DNA of 63,874 nt, counting the filler, from Reclinomonas americana ATCC 50394 (Eukaryota): the NCBI GenBank assembly GCA_048213135.1. It is 9 parts of 9 records of this genome, joined end to end, with 100 filler letters (N's around TTAATTAATTAA, not from the genome) between each part and the next. Parts side by side here need not be neighbours in the genome. Positions count along the whole stretch, not along the records: positions 16,755 to 26,149 come from AFZH01020222.1; positions 26,250 to 46,633 come from AFZH01020223.1; 7 more parts are not named here. One strand, 5' to 3'. The notes under the pieces are model-generated. The model searched no databases, was not told the DNA's origin, and saw only the letters and a list, made by a program, of their open reading frames with translations. Positions 24,101 through 38,202 of this stretch are shown one piece after another. The first letter of the stretch is position 1. Every line of letters starts with the position of its first letter. A program made the translations under genes and the position numbers.

Positions 24101-25459
24101 CACTGACTTTTATGCACACTCACTCACCGCCACCGCTGCCATCTTTTCAGCTTAACGCTGGCATGGATGGACTGGACGAGGGATTGCCGGGAGTGAGCAC
24201 ACCCGGCCGTGCTGCTGACCCCCGGCGGCGGAGAGGAGGGTTGGCGGCTGGGGCAGCAGCACCGGGAGCTGCTGGTCGTGGTTCTGGTCGCGGCGCTCGC
24301 GGTGGAGCCGCCGGGCGGGGAGGAGGAGCAAGTGGGCGTGGCGGCGGTGGTGGCCCTACGGAGATGAGTGTTGACGGTGCAGCGGGCTCCTCAGTGCCTG
24401 TTGCTGGAGGTGCGGCCGCTGCTGCGTTTGCCGCCATTGCCGCGGCCTCGACGCCGGGCACCATCTCCTCGTCGACAAGCACGTCGACCACTGCTACTTC
24501 AACCAGTACCGCCCCGGCTGCTGCCGCTGCTGCTTCCGCGGTATCACCGTTTGCCGCCGGCGCTTCTCCATTTGCCGCCGCCGCCGCCGCTGCTGCTGCC
24601 GCTGCCGCCGCCGCCGCCGCCGCTTCTTCCCCTGCTCTAGTGGCAGCGTCGGGAGCCTCCAATGCAGCTGCGCCCGCGGGGTCCATTGGGTCGCTACTCG
24701 GCGCCTTGTCGCCAGTGATGCCCGTGGTGCCGGCGGCAGCGGCAGGAGGAGGCAGCCCTTCTCCTCTGCCGTCTGCCGGCGGCGGCACTGCAGGGGCAGC
24801 TGCAAGTCAGGGCACTGCTGCCGCAGGATCGGCAGCTGCTGGTGCTGGCGCTGCGCTGACTCCATCGCCACTGCCAACCGCCGCACCACGGCTGCCGGCT
24901 GCGAGCACCACGCGTCTCACGTTGAGTCGGCACACGATCTCCCTCGACAAGCTGTCGTCGGACTTTGATCACGAGCTCCCTGACCAGTTTCGCGCGGCCG
25001 CCGATCGCCGTGTGGTGCGTCTCTCCTCGTGCGCGTGCGGAGGGTTGTTTGCGATATTGACCGTGTTTTTTTCTTTCGTTGCAGGAGGTGCTGGTGGATC
25101 GCGCACAGGCTCGCCCCGTGACGAGGCTGGTGCGACAGGAGATTCGCAGCTTTTCACGGAAACGACCACGAGGTAACGCGTCATGCACAGCTCTATCAGG
25201 TCACAGCATGCTAACACGCTGCGCGTGCAGAACTGGAAGAGTTTGTCAACGACCGATGGCGCCAACTCGATGGTACACTGCATCTGTCATCTCCTCTGTT
25301 GCTTGTTTTGTGCGCTTACCCGGAGAGCACACAGAGCGAGTCCCAGAGCCGACCCGCAAGCGTCGCGTGCTGCAAGAGTGGATCGGCGAGGCACGCGAAT
25401 TCGGCAACTCCACCATGGTGGCGGCGCTGTCTCAGCTCGACGACTTGGCCGTGCAATGA
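21131..25459 (+). CDS. INTS6: Integrator complex subunit 6 (VWA domain), about 16 exons, with an Ala-rich insert
   Basis: MVQIVFVLDTSVSMNQRT..LDVAKMGIEHFIKKR..RGDRYALVT, AFDLLN..R..SGHDHYGFGRCPW, ITDG, ELTREPFRWDQRL, MCEVTGG, GNWPIPE, FPFDKYDL and PFGFLKA..LYVLPYNY. Confidence 0.93.
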
Positions 25460-25477
25460 ATGAACGCTCGCAGATCA

Positions 25478-26605
<1,128 letters not shown>

Positions 26606-26746
26606 GGGCGCGAGATCAACAACGATGCAGGACAACTCGTCACCGCGTCTTCGTTTTACGGCCTCACAGGGAGGAGAGAGTGCGCGTGGGGAGTACTACT
26701 GTAGGAGAACAAGAGAAGAACACAAAAAAGTACAGCAAGCTCCTGA

Positions 26747-29700
26747 TCATCGACGAGAGGATCGCTGCGACGAGGAGACTTGCGAGGCAGCACCGTCGAC
26801 GCTCGCCGCTGTCGACACGAGCGTGGAGCGTGGCCGGGTGGCTGAGTACATGGACGAGGCGTCGATAGACGGCTGGCGCTTGGGCGACTGCGTGAGGAGA
26901 GCGCGCGCTGAGGCCGACGTCGGTGCGGCGTCGAGTGCGGCGGCGGCCGGCGATGGTGTGTACGATACGCTGGGCGAGCCGTTGCTGCTGCGTGCGGGCG
27001 ATGCCGACTGGCCGCGCTGGGCGTCGGCCTCGGCCTTTTGGCGACGCAGCTGGCGGTGTCGCCACACAATGAGGATTTCCTCCGGACCAGTCACCTGCAC
27101 TCGAATATCAATGTCACGTGCAGCGAAGGCGAAGGAAGGTGAGGCCCTCAAACCGTCACCACCACAGTCTGGTTCGACTTGTCTTGGCCGGACTGCGAGC
27201 GCATGCGGGTGCGAGGCGCCGGGATGCCCGAGTCGCCGGTCGACAGGTGAATATCCAGCGCGATAATGCAGTGCGTGATGGTGTTGCGCGACATGGATTG
27301 CCCGGTGCGCACGGCCTCTTCCACCAGGGCCAGCAGGCCTAAAGGGAGAGGAAAGTGAGTGCACAAAATGGAGAAGGAGGTGGGGAAGGGGAGGAAGGGT
27401 AGAAGGGAAAGGAGGAGGAGGAGGAGGAGGAGGAGGAGGAAGGGAAGAAGAAGAAGGAGGAAGGGAAGAAGAAGAAGGAGGAAGGGAAGAAGAGGAAGAG
27501 GAAGAGGAAGAGGAAGAGGAAGAGGAAGAGGAAGAGGAAGAGGAAGAGGAAGAGGAAGAGAAAGAGGAAGAGGAAGAGCAAGAAGAAGAAGGGAATGAGA
27601 GGAGGAGGAGGAAGAGGAAGCCGCAGATTTGGAAGAGGAGAATAAAGAGGGAGAACGAAAAGGGAAACGAAGATAAAGAACGGCAAGAAAAAGAGGAAAA
27701 GGGAAAGGAGAACGCGAGGAGAAAGGAGAGGGCGAGGGAGAAAAAGGAAGAAGTACAAAAACGCGACAAGGAAACGCTGTTATCCCTCACACCTTCCACC
27801 TCCTTTGTTTCTCCTCCGACTTCGTGTCTTCCTCCTTCCTCTCCCTCTCTCCTTGCCTCTTTGCCTCTTCTCCTCCTTTTATCTTCCATCCTTCCCCTCT
27901 CCCCCCTCCACTCGCCCCTTCCCCCTTCCCTTCCCCTTCCGCCTCCTTCTCCTTCACACCACAACACACCATGACTGTTCACCGGCATGCCGTGCACCTC
28001 GGTGAGCTCATGCAGCAGCGTGTTCTTGAGCCACGCATCCAGTGCGCCGTGATGCGCAAAGTGATACATGTTCCACGTGCGGATACCGAGCTGGCCGCGA
28101 GCTGTGCGATGGGAGTGAGAAGACAGACTCTACAATGAATGCGCGTTGCTAACAGCGCAACTGTCGGCCTTTTTCTTCTCGAAGCGATTGACGTACGAGT
28201 TGAAGTACGAGTCCTGCGCCACCTCCTTGTAGGCCGGAGGGCTTGGCTGTGGTGGGTGAACGGGGTGAATGATGATGCATGTCTACACACAAACACAAAA
28301 GGTAGAGACAGAGTAACGAACCGCGCGACCGGGAGCCGGGGCCTCGGGTGGCGGCATGGGCACGGAGCTGTGCTCGGCATCGGGATACATGTTGACGTGC
28401 ATGTCGTGGATCTTGCGCATCAGCTCCGGCTTGCTCACGTCGCTGGCCAGGCGCGCGACCACCTTTTGAGACTGTAGCATGCACGGTCAGTCAGCACGCT
28501 CATGATGGTGGTGTGAGATGGCAATGTCGCAACTTTGGAAACAGGCTGCACGCTTTCCACCCGCGCCAGCGCTCCGCACTGTGGCCGGCACTTAAAGTAC
28601 CGTCTGCCGTGCACCTCGCCATCGTGCCGGCCCTCTGCAGACACCGTGTGGTCAGCAATACAGAGAACTCAATCACAAAGAATGAGATTGATACGAACCA
28701 GCGCTTGAGAGCTCCACGCCGACCCACACGCCGTCGGCGAAATGCGTCTCGCCGACAAACTTGACAATGCCGGTGGATCGCAGGCCACTCACTGCCACCT
28801 CGTCGCCGACAGCCGGCAGCCACTGGTGCTTGTACTCGGTGGTCACCGGACTCGCTGCGGGAATGGTCAATTCTCTGCCTGTACTCAAAAAAACGACACT
28901 TTGCCACGCAACGGACGGTGGCTGGGCGAGGCGGCGGTGCACCGCTGACCACAGTCGGCACCACGGTCTGGAAGGGCTTGAGCGCGCGTGCCACCTTGTC
29001 GTAGTCGCCCTCCGCAAACCAGTCGGCACACTTGCGCAGCAGCGTTTCCTGCAACACACAGTTCAGCATCAGTTCCATTCGACAACTCCACAACCTGCAT
29101 CGTTCCCGCTCACTCACCAGATGCGCAATACGCAGTCCACGATCGCCCTTCTCCTGCACACCAACAAATACGCATGAAAACGACAGCAAGTAGAAGGGGA
29201 TTCTCCGCACAGCGCAGCTGTAACGCAACCAATCTCACAATGTCCGACTCGGCCGCCTCGCCCTCGTACCCATCCGCATACTCGTCCGCATAGTAGTCAT
29301 CCTCCTCCTCATTACCACCACCATTCGCGGCACCCTTTACAGCCACTGTAGCCGTGGTAATAGGCGACGGAAGGCGCGCCAGTCGTCCCAGCACCCCAAA
29401 CGACGACGATCCTGCATCACTCTGCCCTTCGACCTCCTCCGCATCGTCCTCTCCCTCCGCCTCATAGTAGCGAGCTCCGTTGCGCGCCACCACCGCCAGC
29501 GCCTCTTCCACCTCCTCGTCGTCTTCTCCATTCCCACTGGTGTACTTCGGTTGCATGTCGGCGACGAGTTGCGTGAGTGGAGGCGCAGAGAGCACTGGCT
29601 GCTTGAGACGCGTGTGTGACACCACCACTGGTGAGCCACTCGGCGGAGGCCCGCCCACTGCGGTGCGACCGACCACGGTGATGGCCGGTGAGTGGAGCAG

Positions 29701-29853
29701 CATCGGAACACCACCATTGCCTCCTCCGCGACTGCCACTGTCATTGTTCCACATGAGTGGCGGGGACCTGGTCGCCTGGGCAGAGGCCACACGTCGCGTT
29801 TGCATTGAGGATATCGAAGGAGCGAGGGTGGGACCGCGCGGGCAGGAGGACAT
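26747..29853 (-). CDS. CAP-Gly domain protein, multi-exon (start codon uncertain)
   Basis: VGDEVAVSG..GIVKFVGETHFADGVWVGVELS|..EGRHDGEVHGRRYFKCRPQCG; in-frame splice path to the stop at 26747. Confidence 0.8.
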
Positions 29854-29861
29854 TTGCAGGA

Positions 29862-32800
29862 ATGGAGTGCTTGCTGTGCGCTTCGTCACAGCAGCGACTC
29901 GGCGGCTTGTCTGTGGCCGCCAATGGCATCACGGCGTACCTCACACGCCCCAGTGGTGCCTCCAGTGACACAAGCGTGGCAGTGGTGGTCTGTTTTCCAC
30001 ACTCGCAGTGTCTCGCCCATGCTGTGAGCGCTGATGTTGTGTTTTGCGCATGTAGGATGCACTGGACCCGGGCACATGTCGCGGGCCACTGCCAGCATCA
30101 TCCACTAGCAAGCACGTGTGGTTGTCGCGACTGACACCACTGGCCGACAGTTGCGCGCGCAAGAATGAATGCATTCGTTCGCGATCGACTCACACTCACC
30201 CACTCGTGACGCAGACATTGTGGATCCGGCGGAGCTGCGTTCGCGACTGGCGCCGCTCAGTGGCCGTCGATCGAGCAACGTGCAAGTGGCGCTCGATTCG
30301 CAGGCGTCGTCGGCCACGGTGTCGCATTTGGTGTTTTCGCCGGCGTTGTCGTTCTTGCCTGGCTGCTTCCTCCTGGCGGTGCTCGGTCGCCACTCGGTGC
30401 TGCGTACGGTGTTTTGCGATACCACGGTCGATCCGCCGTTGTTTTGCGATGTTTCGTTGGCCTGCAGAAGGACGATTGGTGTTGAGCGATCGCTGACGTG
30501 TTGTGATAGGCGTTGGACTTGGCCGACTTGCACGTGGCGCACGTGGCCGCCGATGCTCCTGTTACGCCAGTTGCGTTTATGCACGCTCCACTCGGCTTTG
30601 CTTTTTGCGCTGATCGGCCAAGCAGAGCCAGGGCGAGGATGTCGTGAAAGTGGAAGCCGAGCAAGACGAGGTGGTGGCGATGATGGTGGTTGAGGAGCGG
30701 CGTCCGCGTGGCCGCTTGCGACAGAGCAACATTCCCGACGTGGATCTGGATGCTGATCCAGCGAGTTTCGTGCTGCGCTGCCAGAGAAAGCGAGACAACT
30801 GCGTGCTGATTGTGTGTGTGCGTTGCAGGTCTCTCGCAGATTGATCGTCGCAAGGTGTTGTATGCATTGTGTGAACGCGAGCTGGTGAACTTCCTGCAGG
30901 AGTACGACCCCGACGTGATACTGGCGTGGCCGCCCGACGCCGACGTTAACCTGAGCAGCAATCAATTGTGGTTCGATGCCGTGAGCAAGGTGTGTGTCGG
31001 TCGGTAGGTGCTTTGCAATCGAATCACCTGGCTGACGCTCGTGGCAGACTCTTGATGCGAACGCACGGCTCGCCAAAATGTGTGCATTCAAGAACGACGT
31101 TCTGACTCGCCAGGAGATGCGTCGTCGCTTCCGACTGGCCGTTGCTGAACGCGGCGCCAGCAGTTGCGTGATCTTCCTCCCCCACCAGAGTTCGAAGTAG
31201 CACAGACTCATTGCGCCGCAGTTGCTCCCACGGACGAGGCATATCTACACTGCCTGCCAACCGTGTTTTCAAAGGTAGAAGCAGCCATGTTGGCGGCGGC
31301 GGGAGCAGCAGCAGCAGCCGACGCAACTGACGACGGGGCGAGCGGGGAGCCGGCGTTGAAGCGACAGGAGGTGGCCCAGAGAGAGGCTGCGATTGGTGGG
31401 TGGTGCAGTTCTCTTACTGCGTTCGTGCATGCGTCATACACTCACACGTCTGCAGTTGTCAAGCCAATCATCGCACTGAGTCGACCTCGCGGCCGTCCAC
31501 GCAAGTATCCACGACCAGCGGAGGCAGAGTCTCCGCTCAAACCTTCAACCAGGACTGGTCTGTGTTGTGTGTTCTGTCATAGCGTGCCTGTTGTAATATT
31601 GACCTGCGTGCTTCCTCACAGAAGTGGAAGAGAATGGAGACGGGGCAATGGCGAGCCAGGAGTCAGCACTGGCGGTATCCGAAGTCATTGATCCATCAGC
31701 AGCACCACCGCCACCACGGAAACGCGGCCGCCCGCGCAAGAATCCACTACCGGCAGTTGCAGAGCCTCCGCGCACAACTGGTTTGTGATGTGTGTAACTA
31801 TGGCGCGCGTGTTTTCTTTGTGCTCACGTGCGCGCGCCCGCACAGACGAGCAAGAGAAGACGAGCCAGGAGTCTGCACTGGCGGAATCGAAAATCATTCG
31901 CCCGCCAGAACCACCACTGCCACAACGGGGACGCGGCCGTCCACGTAAGAATCCACTTCTGGCAGATGCACAGCGTCCGCGCAAATCCCCGACCAGAACT
32001 GGTTTGTGATGTGTATTGCCATGGCGCTCGTATTTTGTTGTCCTCACGTTGCTGCGCCTTCTCACAGACGAACAAGAGAAGGGAGACGGCATGGAGGTGA
32101 CAGTGGCGAGCCAGGAGTCTGCACTGGTGGAACCCGAAATCATTCGTCCCGCAGAATCTCTGCCGCCTCCTCCACCACCGCCGCCGCCACCGCCACTACA
32201 GCCACGCCAGAAACAGTTGGCACCATTCGATGTACCCGACACCCCGCTGTCGGATACAGACGGCGAGCACATGGCTGTCGATGCGGTGACGCCGGCCGCA
32301 GCGTTGCTTTCCGCGGCCCCTTCGTCACCACGTCGCATGGTGCGCAAACGGAGTCGCGCGCAAGTGGATGCGGAAGACGGACAGGCGGCTGCGTTTGTGG
32401 CGAACAGCAGGAAGCAGAAGGAGGAAGAGGTGGATGAGGAGGAGGAAGAGGAGGAGGAGGAGGAGGAGGTCATTCCAACCCCGAAAGTGCGAGGCCGTGT
32501 GACACAACAAAGTGCCGCCGCGGAGGTGGAAAGCAAGCCGAAGGAGAAGGACATTGCTGACGACGACTACGGTGCCGTGGAGCTATCCGAGTGTGAGCAG
32601 TGGATCCGTCCCGTGGCTCGCTTTGTTGCATCGCATCGTCGGGAGTTGGTTTGTGCTGGCAGTGAGCTGCGCTTGCTGTGGGCGGTGGAGGAGAGTTCTC
32701 ATTGTGCCTGCAGGTGGACGCACTGCTGGTTCCGTTGTAAACGTGCCTGTGTGACATGGCAAATAGCACTTTGCACTCATCGCCACTGTTGTTGGTCTGC

Positions 32801-35800
32801 CCGCAGCATCGACCCCAGACTGCCGCATCGTGCAAGCAGATGGCCAATCGACACACATTCACAGGTGTGCTGAGAACGGGAACGTCTCCTTCCACGCCTT
32901 TTGCCCGACACGCTCATTTGTGTGTTGACAGTGACGGCCTGGTCGCCAGTGTATGCCAACGCCCGGTGTCTCTTTCAGTCCGTCGGCTCTCGCAGCGGGG
33001 ATGTGACCGTGTGGAAGTACACGGCCAGCAGCGATGGGTTGCGTCTTGAGGGGTGTGGGGGGGATGGAAAGGAGGATGGCAACAAGGGAGGGTGGGTATT
33101 GACGTCCACATGTGCAGGATGCTGCCGCTCACCGTCACCCTGCACTGCCGTCTGTCGTGCCACAACCAGCAAGTGACGTCCTTGTGCTTTGTGCCGTCGA
33201 CGAGCAATGGTTTGCGAACGCTGTTTTCGAAGACTGTCTCTTTATTTGCTCTCTCACTGTGTGACAGACACGCTGATTGCCGTCGTCGGCACTGTGCGAG
33301 GCGACATTCTCCGTTTTGTGATATCCGTCGAGGTGAGGGAGGAGGTAGCAGGCGCACCGCTAGTATCGCAGGCCACGGGAGTGCCGGCGAATCACATCAT
33401 TCCCGTCGCCGGACTGTTTGTGGTGCCACGCGGCGCGCGGGTGAGGGAAATGTGTGACGGCAAAGGGAGGTTGACAGTGTGCGCACTCACACGATTGCAT
33501 GGGTAGTGGTGGCTGTGCGCCGCGCGTGGACTGCAGTTGGTGTTCATGGACAGCGAGGATCTACAGCCGCGGCGGTCGTATGCCCTGTCGTCGATGTTGA
33601 TTGGTGGGGTGGGGGGAAAAGGGGGAGGGGCGAAGGGGGTAAGAGGGGGAGGGAGAGTGAGAGGGGAGAAGGGGAAAAGGGAAAGGAGTGGAGAAGGGGG
33701 AAGGTAAAGGGAGAGTGAGAGGGGGGGAAGTAGGAACGGGAAGAGGAGGGGAAAAGAGTGAGCAGGTAAGTTGAAGGAGGAGAGGGGTGAGAGAGAGTGG
33801 CAGGCACAGGAGCGAGATAATATCACGAAGCCTGAAGGACCAGAGAGAGAGAGAGAGAGAGAATGGCGAAGAGAGAAGAAGGATGCAAGAGGAGGCAGAA
33901 TGTGAGAATGACAAACTGAGATGCAAGACACACAGCGCCAGTTGGGGATGAGACACAATTCAAGGATGCGGAAGTGGACACCGATATCTTATATGTAGAG
34001 AGAGAATGGTTGAAGGGAAGATATCGGTTCTTGTGAAGATATATGAATTGAGTTACAGAATGATTGCACTGGAGCAGACAAAAGATACCGCATGGAAGAG
34101 AAAGGAAACAGGACGAGAGGGAGAGAGAGATAGTAGGAAAGCGAGAGTGCAAAAGCTGGCAGTCGAGCAGACGAATGTTGATAGTGATGGACCGCATGGA
34201 AGAGAGAGGAAACAGGATGAGAGGGAGAGACAGATAGTAGGAAAGCGAGAGTGCAAAAGCTGGCAGTCGTGATGGACCCCCTTGAGGGAGAGGGAGAGAT
34301 AGTGATGCATGCTGACTGACAGAGTTGCACACAACAAGCTGCCTCTAGTTGTGTATCTATGTTTGCTGACTGTCACGCATTCTCGTCCCCTCCCTGCAGA
34401 CTGCCGGTGGGACGTGCTCAGCTCCTGCTTGTTGGTGGCGATGCATCGCGGTGCACTCGTGGCGTTGCGAGTCGCAGAGGACGTGGATGGCTCGATGAAT
34501 ATTGTGGTGAGACGAGTCCATTACCGTCTCTCATCACTCGCTCGCCGTCTAACCCACTGCGTCGCAGCACGAGGCCACGATTTGTGCCGACGACAAGTGC
34601 CCGCTCATCGCGTCGCAGTTTTCGGTGAACACGCTATATGCGTTTCGCCTGCACTGGTGTGTGTCATCCGTGCACGATGCGCCTCCTTGCGACCGAGCGA
34701 TCTCACGCACATCACACAGGGAGCTGCATGGTGGCCGTATGCAGGCCGTGCTCTATCGCCATCCGCTAATCCCCCCTCCGCGCCACGTCCTTGACGTGGT
34801 CGTACTGGCTCGTCGCTTGGCTGGTGCGGTAACATTATGTGATGTGTTGTCGCTCTCTGCTTCAGATCTCACTCAGCTCGTGCACAGACACGCCGCCACC
34901 GTGGTTCCTCTCGGACTTCCACTTATACATGATTCGCTCGTGCTCGGCGCGTCTCATTTGCAGTGCGGCACACCATTGGTGGACCTCGTTTTGTGACGAC
35001 GACGTGGCGAGTGAAAAGTTGCGAAGCACCTGCTCTCTAGCACATCAAGACCATGGCACTGAACGAGAAATATCCAGTTTCGAAGGTTGGCGCTTGCGTC
35101 TAGTCATGGCAAGACTCTTGGCGAGAATGGCGCTGGTAGGTCGAAATTGTGTTCCAAGCCGCTGTGCATTCGCCACACTCACACTCGTGTGTGTGCGCGC
35201 AGGAGCATCCGGGAGTGGAAAAGTTGACCGCCGAGGAGCAGTCGGTGCTCAAGTCTGTCGTGACGGAAGCCGATCAGCGGCTGCAGTTGTGCCAGGTGGT
35301 GAGCACGCTGCGCACGCACAAGCAGTGGCGTGAGGAGGAGGGCGCGCGAGGAGCGGTGGAGTACACACCTTCCGAGTTGCTCTCGCTGCGGAACATGTGT
35401 CATTGGCTGCTGTTGCACGCGCCACTCGTCGTTGGGTGTATGCGGTGCGTTTTGGGGGAAGGGAAGGGAAAGGGTGAAGGAGAATAGAGAGAGAAGGGCA
35501 AGGGCGGCGGGTATTGGTGATAAAGAATCCTCTGTATAATTTGCAGCTGACTTGTGGGACCTGTGCAGTGATCTGGAGTCATTGGTGGCATCTATGCGTG
35601 CAGTGGCCTCTGCGCACGATGTGGTGCAATTGGCGGAGACAGCGTTCCTGTCGGTGCGTTCAGTCGGTCTTATCTCTTCTTGCACAAACTCACCCTGTCT
35701 TCCCCTCTATCCTCCTCCTCAGGCCGAACCCATGGCACCCGAGCAAGTGGTGGAGCGAGCTCGTGAACTCCCCTCACACGAACCACATCCACTCGCTCGC

Positions 35801-36124
35801 GCACAGCACATTTCCGTGGAGCAACAATCCGTCGCAGCGTGGGAGACTGGCTACCTTCTCGGTGCGACTCCCTGTCACATGGCGTCCATTCCCCTCATCT
35901 CCCTCACCGCGTCTCCAAACACAGGTCGGTGCCCGCTAACACTGCTGATGGCCGACATGCGCGTCGAGCTGAGAACGTGTCCGACGTCGGACTACACGAG
36001 CCGCGTATTGCATGCACCGGTGAGGCCCGCTGGCGCGTCGACACGCAGAGAGTTTGCGTGGATCAGCGGCAATCTCGCAGCCCTCTGTCCGTTCACCCTA
36101 CAGCCCTGGCGCTCGCGACACTAG
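29862..36124 (+). CDS. Large multi-exon beta-propeller protein with three AT-hooks and a C-terminal degenerate Cys cluster; probable TFIIIC delta/GTF3C4-like subunit
   Basis: N-terminal LSVAANGITAYLT and SHLVFSP..CFLLAVL; WD-like strands VGSRSGDVTVWKY, VTSLCFVP, VVGTVRGDI; RGRPRK x3; C-terminal RCPLTLL..RTCPTS..LCPF resembles zf-TFIIIC. The family call comes from motif memory only. Confidence 0.5.
31456..32160 (+). repeat. Tandem exon+intron duplication (3-4 units of ~220 bp) encoding AT-hooks
   Basis: Phase-1 exons 31456-31557, 31622-31780, 31846-32001 and 32068 onward; agccaggagtc..gcactgg recurs in the last three, cgcggccg..cg.aag in the first three, and the introns are related (gt[ct]tgtg..gtg..cacag). 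Confidence 0.9.
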
Positions 36125-36176
36125 TGACTGGCTACTACACAAGGGCGCACGTTCATTGTGTGTGTGTGCGTGACGC

Positions 36177-37004
36177 TCACGATTCGCCTGGCCGAACGAC
36201 CAGCACCGAGCAGTGGGCAAAGTGGACTGCATGATCGGCGGTACTGCCGAGCAGTGCGCGAGAGATCTGCGGTGGATGCTGTGAGCTCAACCGGCCACTG
36301 CAAGATAAGGAGAAGAAATGAACTCACCACGCCATTGCCTCGCGTGCCAATGACCAGCACATCGGCCTTCTCGCTTTCCGCCGCATCCAGCAGGGCATTC
36401 CGCACGTCAGTCGCCGGCAGCCAGTGCGTTTGCACGGCTACTGCCTTCTTGCTGGCCTCCAATACACTCTGCACATACACACACACAGGTGAGTGACAAG
36501 GATGCATCACCGTGATACCGCATGCGACGTGCCTTGACGGCGGCCGCCGCATGCTCCAGTTCATCCTGACACCGCTTGATCGCGCGTGGATCCGGCGGCA
36601 CCTGTCGAGGCGCACGCGTTCAGTGTTCGCGAGAGGGGTGAGAGGCGCCAGCTCCGCATTCACGAAACCGCAACTCCCGTGGGATACATGTCACTCAGCG
36701 GCTGCAGCACGGCGCCCACCAGCGAGACGCGATCACCGGAATTCACCAATCGTGCACACTTTTTCGCGGCATGCAAGCTGTGCAACACAAGCGTTGGTGA
36801 CGATCGTCGTGGCGGTAAAGGGAAAGGAGCTGTGCATACCTGAACTGCAAGGCACCACAATGTCAGCACACAATCATGATCACGATGAGAGAGTGCATGC
36901 ACACAAACCTGAGATCCATCGACGCCCACTACCCACGTGGCGAACGATCGCGCGGGGCTGACACCCACATGAGAGGTGCAACGACGGACGAGGGAGTGAA
37001 ACAT
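36177..37004 (-). CDS. Universal stress protein A-like, multi-exon
   Basis: WVVGVDGS, DVRNALLDAAESEKADVLVIGTRGNG|ISRALLGSTADHAVHFAHCSVLVVRPGES*. Confidence 0.92.
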
Positions 37005-37122
37005 AGCTTGCTCAACAACAAAGAAACAAAAACGAAGGAGATGCGAATCTTTTTGGCGGATTCCGGATCCGGCAATAAATGACAGGATGGGTGTGTGCAA
37101 CGAAGTTTGTTTGTTGATTTAC

Positions 37123-37907
37123 TTAGTTGATTTCGTTGGGGCGCACCACGAGGACGGAGCAGCCTGCGAAGCACCACGCGTGAGTGAGCTGAAAAAAACA
37201 CAGAGGGAGAACACTGCAATTTGCACAAAACGAGCATGATGGACGGCGTGATCGGCGGCAGAGCCCAGCAGTGCCCTGCGCAACTGTGGACCACATCATC
37301 ATTAGTGTGGAGAAGCAGTAGAAGCAGCACAGGAAAAGCAAGTGAACGAACCGCGCCAGTGCCACGAGTGCCAATCACGAGAACATCGGCCTCGGCGGCC
37401 TCGGCAAAATCCACGAGCGCCTCGCGCACATCGATCGCGGCCATGACCTGCTGCGACAGGTGGCACGCATCGCCACGGATGGCCTGCGCCACGAAACTCA
37501 CAGATCCGTCATCGGTGCGCAAAGCAGCAAAGCGGACATGCTGTGCAAACCTTGAAAGCAATGGCCGCTTGCTCAAGGTTTTTCTCACGTTCCAAAACCA
37601 CGCGTCCGTCGGGCAACATCTGCACAGCCATTCGCCCCTCATAATCAGCACACCACAAGCCACATATGGTCACAGTGTGCGCGCGATACAGACCTCGCCA
37701 AGATCCTCGGCCACCTTTTGGTGAACAACAGCAAACAGGACCACCTGATCGCCTGTGCGCGCACGTCACGCCGATCAACAATCAACAGCGAGAGAGTGAC
37801 ACAGAGAGAGAGAGAGAGTGGCAAACCAACCTGGACGGGCGATTCTGGCAGTCTTCTCGACCGCATGCAGACTGCACAAAGCCTCGTCAACACGCCTAAA
37901 CGACAAG

Positions 37908-37938
<31 letters not shown>

Positions 37939-38097
37939 GCACCTGTGCGGCGAGCCATCGACTCCCACCACCCACTTGAGCGGGGTAGCCAGTGGAGAGA
38001 ACCACATACGAGATCCGAACACGAATGCTCTTGGCGCTCCACGGCAGGCAGTCGCCTGGCTGGCAGCGGCGATGCGGGACAGCAACGGAGAGAACAT
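37123..38097 (-). CDS. Universal stress protein A-like (tandem paralog), multi-exon
   Basis: KWVVGVDGSPH, DVREALVDFAEAAEADVLVIGTRGTG, LLGSAADHAVHHA and CSVLVVRPNEIN*. Confidence 0.92.
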
Positions 38098-38202
38098 GGG
38101 GGAATGAGGTCTTTCACAGCTCGAACGGAAAGGGATGAGATGCGCGATACGGGACGAAGAGAGAATCAATAGCAAAGGTTCACTTACAAACGTCGCGGCG
38201 GG

